A stretch of DNA of 43,817 bases from the IMG/VR virus record IMGVR_UViG_3300048893_000075, positions 1 to 43,817 of that record, one strand, 5' to 3'. The position numbers and the translations under genes are program-made. The DNA comes from a virus. Its lineage: Duplodnaviria; Caudoviricetes. The stretch's first letter is position 1. Each line of letters opens with the position of its first letter. Below the pieces are notes generated by a model, which had not been told where the DNA came from, ran no database searches, and saw only the letters and a list, made by a program, of their open reading frames with translations. Below are positions 38,201 to 43,817 of the stretch, one piece after another.

Positions 38201-38238
38201 TAACAGCAATTGACATAAACAACCATTAGTGCTAAGAT
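38201..38238 (+). promoter_or_regulatory. Sigma70-type promoter; copy 1 of a 29-bp direct repeat
   Basis: TTGACA(38210)-17 bp-TAAGAT(38233); 38201-38229 matches 40881-40909 at 28/29. Confidence 0.7.
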
Positions 38239-38273
38239 TGAACCAATCAAACAGAGATGTTTGACCCGCGAAG

Positions 38274-38320
38274 GAAATAAATAAACCCCAACCAATTCGG
38301 AAGGGGTTTATTTATTTTTT
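38274..38320. terminator. Bidirectional intrinsic terminator
   Basis: AAATAAATAAACCCC...GGGGTTTATTTATTT between convergent transcripts. Confidence 0.7.
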
Positions 38321-38329
38321 GAGTATTTT

Positions 38330-38415
38330 TGGTGGAGGGTGCGGGGGTCGAACCCGCTCTCCCGCGAAGGAATCCGTTTTACAGACGGTTGCATTAACCG
38401 TTCTGCCAACCCCCC
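38330..38415 (-). tRNA. tRNA-Tyr(GTA)
   Basis: Reverse complement gives acceptor GGGGGGT/ACCCTCC-A-CCA, anticodon loop CTGTAAA, long variable arm, GGTTCGA T arm; minus-strand GGTATAAT at 38522-38529. Confidence 0.9.
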
Positions 38416-38562
38416 ATAACCAGAAAAGCACCCATGAGCAAGGTGGGAATTCTACAAACCACCAAGCTCAAGGATGCTCTTAGATGTAAGGTACGTAGAA
38501 TTTTTTACCTTGTCACTCGCTATTATACCGTAACGCTGGTGCTTACGCAAATGCTGCTAGCT

Positions 38563-38643
38563 GCTATAATAGTAAGTACTTTTGCCAAAGGAAAGTGTGC
38601 TACGAAACAGAAAACCGCCCCAATGTACACAGGGCGGTTTTTC
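38563..38643 (+). promoter_or_regulatory. Promoter, short RNA and terminator
   Basis: TGCTATAAT; AAAACCGCCC/GGGCGGTTTT. Confidence 0.5.
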
Positions 38644-38729
38644 ATTTTGTCTACACCTACTCTAAAGAGTAGAGGCTGGAGAAGCATAACATAGGTTGGT
38701 TAGGAGTACTAGGGGTTTTTATTGTTGTT

Positions 38730-38849
38730 TGGTATACTGGCAGTGTCTAGGTACAAGGTAGTGTGTTCGAACAAGGATTGGGGTACTTCCCGAAAGAGGT
38801 TCGAACACCTTTGTACCTAGACAGTGCTAGGGGAGTGCCCCAATTTTTA
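38730..38849 (+). ncRNA. Small RNA with a long hairpin and a competing 15-bp loop-tail helix
   Basis: TGGTATACT promoter; 38744-38758/38809-38823, 38763-38772/38799-38808 and 38777-38791/38830-38844 pairings. Confidence 0.6.
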
Positions 38850-38864
38850 TTTATAGTCATTTCG

Positions 38865-38972
38865 TGTTACAATAAAGGTCTGGTCACAGGGAGCTGCCGT
38901 GGTCTAGAGTAATCTAGGCCTGGTATGTCGTGGCTATCTATGACTTCCAGGATATTCTTGGAAGTCTTTTTT
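38865..38972 (+). ncRNA. Candidate trans-acting antisense sRNA (about 90 nt)
   Basis: TGTTACAAT promoter; central hairpin GGTCTAGA-GTAA-TCTAGGCC; terminator GACTTCCA/TGGAAGTC plus T6; complementary to 41134-41160. Confidence 0.65.
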
Positions 38973-39128
38973 ATGACTGTCAAGTATTTTCCTTAGATTC
39001 TCTAGCCCACGGGCAACCATCGCTTACTGTTGTGCGTACAACAACATGAGCACCAACAGAAGAACCCGCCAGTGTACGGGGTGTGTTTGCTGTTGTCTAA
39101 ATTTTGGAAGATATGGGGAATTAAGGAT

Positions 39129-39629
39129 ATGAATTTAGGTGAAGCATTAAAAGAACGTTACGCTTCTATAGAAAAGAGAGGTAATAAACCTCCTGTTACT
39201 TCTATAGAACTGCCAGCTGAAATAGAAAGCTTAATAACGGGTAGTGACTACTGGCGTAAGGCCAAGGTCAACCGTTACAAGAAGCTTATCCGTGAGGGTC
39301 ATCTTGACGACTTGCTGGAACTCGCGAAACAGGCGTTAGCCAAAGACACGCCCGCTAACTGGTTTGCACGAGTGGCATCCAAGGCGCAATGGCAACGAAC
39401 ACTAGACTGGCTCGCTAAGCTACGAGAAGTGGCACAGAACGCCGTCGAAGTAGCAAAACGGTTAGGAGTCGTGCCCGAGCAGATGAAAGCCGTATACAAG
39501 GCATGCTGGCGCTTTGGTGACTCTGTAATTAGCAAGGCCGTTACAGCCGAGGAAACAGGTAGGGATAAGTTTAAGTACTTCAATTGGCTATGCAGGTACG
39601 AGGGTATGCCACATGGAAAACGCAGCTAA
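39129..39629 (+). CDS. Hypothetical helical protein (possible replication or regulatory protein)
   Basis: TAAGGA site before ATG 39129; two similar P..WF / ..YFNW helical units; function is a guess. Confidence 0.65.
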   Translation: MNLGEALKERYASIEKRGNKPPVTSIELPAEIESLITGSDYWRKAKVNRYKKLIREGHLDDLLELAKQALAKDTPANWFARVASKAQWQRTLDWLAKLREVAQNAVEVAKRLGVVPEQMKAVYKACWRFGDSVISKAVTAEETGRDKFKYFNWLCRYEGMPHGKRS

Positions 39630-39819
39630 AAGTATCGAGGTCTTATTTGCAGAGCCATTTGAACCTCAGTGGATGAAACAGCGCCAACAGGATGAGGCAT
39701 TGGCTGAAGTTCAGGAGTTAAACGATATGCTGACACGCAATGATTTCAATTGGAAAGAGTCAGCAAAAGAGTCGAGGGAGCGCATAGCCGCAAAGTTTAG
39801 CCAACGAACAAATAGTTAA
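39613..39819 (+). CDS. Hypothetical protein
   Basis: GAGG site; overlaps the previous gene. Confidence 0.6.
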   Translation: MENAAKSIEVLFAEPFEPQWMKQRQQDEALAEVQELNDMLTRNDFNWKESAKESRERIAAKFSQRTNS

Positions 39820-39967
39820 GTAAGCATAAACTTTACAGTTTTGCAACAATAGTGACTCAATCATATCACGTTTTGGGTAAGCGCCGCAGTGCGCTTTATC
39901 CAGTTTACAAGGGGAGGTATAAGGAACAACAATAACTAAAGTACTGTCTAGGAAAAGGTGTGGAAGT

Positions 39968-40870
39968 ATGAGTATCAGCGAGGCGTTTGACCTGTACCGT
40001 TTGGACTACATTATATACAATAATCAGTCCGAAAAAACCTTGGATGCACACAATTGTGCGCTCAGGTTCCTACTTGATTTTTTGGGCGAAGACATACAAA
40101 TCGAAGATCTGACGCTGCCTCAGGTAAAAGCTTGGAAACGTTCTTTGGATGATGGGCGTTTAGTCGGGACGGTACGTGAGTACTTAACCCGTCTTAGAAT
40201 GGTATTGAAATACCAGCGCATAGAAGGGAATAACGATGTAATAAGCTTTGAGCGTATTACCCTACCACCTAGGGATGATCCAGATCCCCAGTTCTTGACC
40301 GTTGACCAGGTTGAGGAATTAATCAGGGTCATGTTTAAGCCCACTCGGGGGTACTCAAAGCTAAATAGGTATCGAAATCGTGCACTGATAAGTCTGTTAT
40401 TCGCAGCTGGCTTGCGGTCTGCTGAGATACGTAAAATGGATAGGAATAGCATACGGACGGATGGAACATTTACCATTAAAGGTAAAAAGAAGCGAAAGCG
40501 CCTTTGCTTTACAGATGAGGCCACTCTCATATATATACGAGAGTACTTAGCGATGCGCACAGACAGCAATCCTGCATTATTTATTGCTAACCAGAATGGT
40601 AAAAGACTATCTAAAAACGCTTTTCAGCGTATCTTTGAGAATGCACGCCGTAAGGTGGATTTTGACGTGTTTGTCCATGGTCACACGTTAAGACACAGCT
40701 TTGCTACCGATTTGTTACGCAACAACGCAAACATGCGTTACGTGCAGGCAATGCTCGGCCACTCATCAATACAAACCACTCAGATTTATACTCATGTGGT
40801 AGACATAGATTTAGAGGGAGCGCATAAAAAACATCATACGCGGCTACCCCTTATAACAAATACTTTTTGA
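39968..40870 (+). CDS. int: Tyrosine recombinase/integrase (XerC/D-like)
   Basis: GLRSAE, KGKK, HTLRHSFAT, LGH, TTQIY catalytic set. Confidence 0.95.
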   Translation: MSISEAFDLYRLDYIIYNNQSEKTLDAHNCALRFLLDFLGEDIQIEDLTLPQVKAWKRSLDDGRLVGTVREYLTRLRMVLKYQRIEGNNDVISFERITLPPRDDPDPQFLTVDQVEELIRVMFKPTRGYSKLNRYRNRALISLLFAAGLRSAEIRKMDRNSIRTDGTFTIKGKKKRKRLCFTDEATLIYIREYLAMRTDSNPALFIANQNGKRLSKNAFQRIFENARRKVDFDVFVHGHTLRHSFATDLLRNNANMRYVQAMLGHSSIQTTQIYTHVVDIDLEGAHKKHHTRLPLITNTF

Positions 40871-40880
40871 AAAAACGGCG

Positions 40881-40918
40881 TAACAACAATTGACATAAAC
40901 AACCATTAGGAGTACTAT
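40881..40918 (+). promoter_or_regulatory. Main early promoter candidate; copy 2 of the 29-bp repeat
   Basis: TTGACA(40890)-17 bp-TACTAT(40913). Confidence 0.75.
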
Positions 40919-40993
40919 AGGGATAGTTAATTGAACTTTCACATAGCTACAGCGAAGATTACACATCAGAAGGTGTAGCTAAAAATAGCCCGT

Positions 40994-41072
40994 GCGGGCT
41001 TTCGAGCCTAACGCTTAGAGCGCATCCTTGCCAAGGATGAGGCCAGGGGTTAGAGTCCCCTGACCCGCACCA
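40994..41072 (+). tRNA. tRNA-Gly(GCC)-like sequence with degenerate 5'/D arm; probable attP core (about 41015-41072)
   Basis: CATCC-TTGCCAA-GGATG anticodon arm, CAGGG/CCCTG T arm, CCCGC-A-CCA end; adjacent to the integrase. Confidence 0.75.
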
Positions 41073-41090
41073 CATATTTTTAGCCATTAT

Positions 41091-41125
41091 AAACCCTTCT
41101 GATGAAGAATCAGGAGGGTTTTTTT
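41091..41125 (+). terminator. Intrinsic terminator after attP
   Basis: AAACCCTTCTGAT/ATCAGGAGGGTTT plus T run. Confidence 0.8.
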
Positions 41126-41366
41126 GTTACCTCTTTAGGCCACGACACATCCCTGTGACCTAAAGAGCCCGATAACGAAACTTATCGCGCAGTTAGCGGT
41201 CGTCCCCGTTCAAGGACGCAAGCGTTTGAATGATCTGATAAAAGCTTTGAGTGTCTACTCGTTAGAAGCTTCCAGATCAACTAGCTTGAGAGATTCATCT
41301 CCGAGGTGGAGATACAACGGTTCTTTTACAACTTATATCGGGATTGTCACTAATAAGGAGACAATC

Positions 41367-41732
41367 ATGCAATACATTTTCGTTATGCCTAACGGTAAAG
41401 AGATTCGCATGGATAAGACTTACTTTGAAAAGCACATGCCAAAATCGAATATCAAATACCACCCCTACGGCGTTAGTGGCGACGGGTACATCCACCCTGA
41501 TGATATCGACAAGATATTTAGCCGTCACAGCCGTAAGGTAAAAACGATCTTTGACACCGCCAAAAAGCTCTACAAAGAATACGAGGGCAAAAACTGGCTT
41601 GGCTTACCCGAAACAGTACGCGATCTGGTATGGATTCAGCACCAAACTGCGGAAGAGGAACAGCAGAGCCGCCAGGAAGACCTACGATTCTTTAGGAGCT
41701 ACGAGCTAGGTGTACGTGCAGTAGCAGCATAG
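41367..41732 (+). CDS. Hypothetical protein, first early gene
   Basis: TAAGGAG site before ATG 41367, held in hairpin GATTGTC/GACAATC. Confidence 0.75.
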   Translation: MQYIFVMPNGKEIRMDKTYFEKHMPKSNIKYHPYGVSGDGYIHPDDIDKIFSRHSRKVKTIFDTAKKLYKEYEGKNWLGLPETVRDLVWIQHQTAEEEQQSRQEDLRFFRSYELGVRAVAA

Positions 41733-41801
41733 ATATGTCCAGCATTTATTGCTGGCAACCCCGATATAAGAAGCAAAAGACCAAAACCAGAAGGAGCGCA
41801 T

Positions 41802-42386
41802 ATGAAGGGACTCATAAAAGCCCTAAGTATCGCCCTGTTAAGTGCGGCCTTAATCAGCCTAGCACCTAACAAGGAAGCTCCGGCGCAACTTAACAATTCA
41901 ACTCAACCAACGAGTAGTTCGGTAATTCCGGACAACTCGGAACCAGAGACACAGCGAACACGAGCACCAATTCAACAGGACAAACGCGACGAAAAGGTAG
42001 CAGTGAAAACTGAAACAGAGTTGAAGCCGGAGAGTACGGCCAGGCAAGTAAAACCCGCCGTACCAAGTAATACACAAGGATGCGAACAATACCGTCACCT
42101 ATTCGAACAATACGCTTGGCCTGTTAATACCGCCTTGGCTATATGCCAGGCAGAGAGTAGCGGAAACATACAGGCTGTGAACTGGGGAGATAACCACGGC
42201 AAGTGTAAGGGGAGTTTTTCCCTTATGCAAGTCGGCTGTTTCTGGTACCCACATTTTGGATATTCTGAAGCAGATAGGTACAAACCAGAAGTAAACGTAA
42301 AAATAGCATATCAGATATATGAACGTCAGAAGTCTTTCGGGGCGTGGACTACATATACTGGTGGGCGGTATCTCAAGTTCTTGTAG
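41802..42386 (+). CDS. Secreted lytic transglycosylase (SLT/lysozyme-like)
   Basis: Signal peptide, low-complexity linker, AESSGN catalytic Glu, SLMQV, NV..AY.IY, AW..Y. Confidence 0.85.
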   Translation: MKGLIKALSIALLSAALISLAPNKEAPAQLNNSTQPTSSSVIPDNSEPETQRTRAPIQQDKRDEKVAVKTETELKPESTARQVKPAVPSNTQGCEQYRHLFEQYAWPVNTALAICQAESSGNIQAVNWGDNHGKCKGSFSLMQVGCFWYPHFGYSEADRYKPEVNVKIAYQIYERQKSFGAWTTYTGGRYLKFL

Positions 42387-42541
42387 GTTAAGGACGGATA
42401 GCTAGTAGCAATGGCCGAATTTAGTAGGCTATGCCGATTGAGGAATGTAACGGCACCTGATGAGAGATTCTAGAGAGTGCTCATTAAGGCGGCGATCCGC
42501 GCAACAGTTACATCATTGCTACTAGCTATCCGTCCTTAACC
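42386..42541 (+). ncRNA. Stem-closed RNA domain A
   Basis: Perfect 28-bp inverted repeat 42386-42413/42514-42541; inner stems ATGTAAC/GTTACAT and TGATGAG/CTCATTA. Confidence 0.65.
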
Positions 42542-42544
42542 AAC

Positions 42545-42676
42545 CCCTAGCGCCTACTCAAGCGGTCACAAGGAGCATCAATACTTGAACGGATTAACGG
42601 TCAACAATAGCCGCCGCAGGTATTGTGCTGGGCACAGCTTAAACGGTTCACACAACCGCTTGCGTGGGCGCTAGGG
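42545..42676 (+). ncRNA. Stem-closed RNA domain B
   Basis: 42545-42566/42655-42676 (22 bp, one mismatch, one G-U); inner CAATACTTG/CAGGTATTG; followed by a C(UUCG)G hairpin. Confidence 0.6.
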
Positions 42677-42698
42677 TGGAGGCTTCGGCCTTCTATAT

Positions 42699-42775
42699 GC
42701 GGCAGTACATGGCACAAGCAAGGTCTTTGGAATTGTACCTATGCTTGCCAGTTCGAATCTGGAACTGCCGCAACT
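42699..42775 (+). ncRNA. tRNA-like RNA C (no D arm, long central arm)
   Basis: GCGGCAGT/ACTGCCGC stem, CCAG-TTCGAAT-CTGG T arm, CAAGCA/TGCTTG arm; no encoded CCA. Confidence 0.6.
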
Positions 42776-42779
42776 ATAT

Positions 42780-42857
42780 GGGGTGCTTAACAAGGATGTT
42801 AGCCAGGGGTTTACGTTCCCTGGGGCAGTTAGGTTCGATTCCTAAAGCCCCCCGCCA
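42780..42857 (+). tRNA. Non-canonical tRNA-like RNA D (8/5 fold, possible TAC anticodon)
   Basis: GGGGTGCT/AGCCCCCC-G-CCA, TAACA/TGTTA, CCAGGG/CCCTGG, TTAGG-TTCGATT-CCTAA. Confidence 0.65.
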
Positions 42858-42873
42858 AACTATATAAACCAAC

Positions 42874-43046
42874 AAGGGCAGGAATCCGGTAGCAAGGCTC
42901 GAATCTAAGGACGAATTTATAAAGTGCTCGTTCAGCGTCGCCCTACCTATACCAAGCACGTAGGTGGTAGGGAATCAGCGTAAGATTGGCAGCGTAAACG
43001 TCGTTGGGGTTTCGCCAACCCTACTTGCTATCGGTTTTATGCCCTT
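42874..43046 (+). ncRNA. Stem-closed RNA domain E
   Basis: AAGGGCA/TGCCCTT plus CCGGTAGCAAG/CTTGCTATCGG; inner CCCTACC/GGTAGGG and GTTGG/CCAAC. Confidence 0.6.
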
Positions 43047-43073
43047 ACATAAGTAAATAGAAGGAGTGGAGAT

Positions 43074-43304
43074 ATGGAATACAGAGATAAGGTAAAAAGC
43101 TACCTTGAAAATATTGGGGTGACTGTTCAGCGTATTGAGCAAGAAGGTGATACAGAGTCTGTGGTCTGCCATATATCATCAATCGACAAACAAAAAATAA
43201 TAGATGCACAAACAAAAATCGAGGACGACCTTAACTCTGTTGTGCAGCTTAGCGATATGTTCGGCATGAATGTAGTTATCGTTGAATCAAATGATCTTGA
43301 ATAA
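43074..43304 (+). CDS. Hypothetical acidic protein inside the RNA array
   Basis: GGAG site; 76 aa. Confidence 0.7.
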   Translation: MEYRDKVKSYLENIGVTVQRIEQEGDTESVVCHISSIDKQKIIDAQTKIEDDLNSVVQLSDMFGMNVVIVESNDLE

Positions 43305-43336
43305 CCACTCTTAATCACATAGGAAGGGAGAGAGAT

Positions 43337-43504
43337 ATGGGAAAGAGAATTAGTTTAAGTGACGTCGAGGTACAGTTTTTACTGAGACTCTGTCTTAGGG
43401 AGGATAGAATCCGTAACACAGCAGACGCTTCTACGGTGTTTGCCGAGGAATCCCTAGATAAGCTTATCCAAAAGCTTGACTCGACTGTAAAGGAAGAGGG
43501 CTAA
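43337..43504 (+). CDS. Hypothetical protein (55 aa, not in ORF track) inside the RNA array
   Basis: GGAG site; MGKRISLSDVEVQFLLRL...VKEEG. Confidence 0.6.
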   Translation: MGKRISLSDVEVQFLLRLCLREDRIRNTADASTVFAEESLDKLIQKLDSTVKEEG

Positions 43505-43523
43505 CCACCCTTTAACCAAATAA

Positions 43524-43625
43524 GTAAGAGCCAACTAGCTGCCGGGGAGTCTGTAGATAAGGACACCTGAACGTGAGGCCGTCAACTACATGCGCAAGAT
43601 TCGCCGGTGTGTAGTTGGCTCTTAC
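43524..43625 (+). ncRNA. Stem-closed RNA domain F
   Basis: Perfect 14-bp GTAAGAGCCAACTA/TAGTTGGCTCTTAC; inner GCCGG/CCGGT, GAGTCT/AGATTC, TGTAG/CTACA. Confidence 0.6.
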
Positions 43626-43626
43626 G

Positions 43627-43817
43627 GTAGAAACGCATGTAATGCGGTAGTAAGTGGCGGAATAGGTAGACGTTATCGACGCCATAACAAGCATAGGTGG
43701 CGCACCTCAGCAGTGTACATACCCTAGGCTTTATACCTTGGCGGCATGCAGGATGACTATACGAGTACATCTACCTTAACTAGGTAGCTCTGAGCAACAG
43801 CACGGCGCGCTTCGCAA
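43627..43817 (+). ncRNA. 5' part of stem-closed RNA domain G (continues to 219)
   Basis: 43627-43654 pairs with 191-219 across the junction. Confidence 0.6.
43691..43817. repeat. Terminal direct repeat (identical to 1-127)
   Basis: Exact match to 1-127. Confidence 0.95.

Larger units (their letters stand above)
1..43690. mobile_element. Complete temperate tailed phage genome, podovirus-like
   Basis: Terminase, portal, capsid, lysin, integrase and a circular overlap are present; no tail tube, sheath or long tape measure recognised. Confidence 0.9.

Noticed and set aside
38434-38694. 86-aa ORF
   Set aside because: Runs through divergent promoters and a terminator and has no ribosome-binding site; probably spurious
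42457-42490. Hammerhead ribozyme (CTGATGAG)
   Set aside because: No GAAA after a stem II, and TGATGAG is itself paired with CTCATTA
42386-42541. Minimal RNase P RNA (GAGGAATGTAAC...AACAGTTACAT)
   Set aside because: Only superficial similarity to the conserved regions; too short and lacks the GAGGAAAGUCC and ACAGAA..CGGCUUA consensus
611-43504. Stop-codon reassignment
   Set aside because: Genes are full length under the standard code, and TGA and TAG stops coincide with coupled starts of the next genes
42386-43690. CRISPR or mini-CRISPR array
   Set aside because: The repeats are inverted and unique to each domain; there are no recurring direct repeats with spacers and no cas genes

Overview
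The window looks like a complete, circularly permuted temperate phage genome of about 43,690 bp: bases 1-127 are repeated exactly at 43691-43817, most likely an assembly overlap. It uses the standard genetic code and is probably a podovirus; a Patescibacteria/Saccharibacteria-type host is inferred, not shown. Layout: a tyrosine integrase next to a tRNA-Gly(GCC)-derived attP candidate; one long + strand early region (secreted transglycosylase, Sak/Rad52 annealing protein, YopX, HNH, two KGG proteins, an Acb2/Tad1-like protein, many small ORFs); TerS and a TerL split into two genes; GroES- and GroEL-like chaperonins; portal, scaffold, capsid, adaptor, nozzle and ejection proteins; and an amidase/holin lysis module. 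I recognise no CI-type repressor and no DNA replication enzyme. The most notable content is non-coding: (1) an array of seven structured RNA domains, each closed by its own long terminal stem, plus two non-canonical tRNA-like RNAs, running across the circular junction; (2) the attP/tRNA-Gly remnant lies inside an antiterminator helix between the main early promoter and a terminator, so integration itself could switch off lytic transcription; (3) a promoter- and terminator-bounded sRNA complementary to the early leader and to late-gene attenuators; (4) a repeated promoter + conserved leader + terminator unit in front of the structural gene blocks. All RNA structures were paired by eye and all functions are hypotheses.
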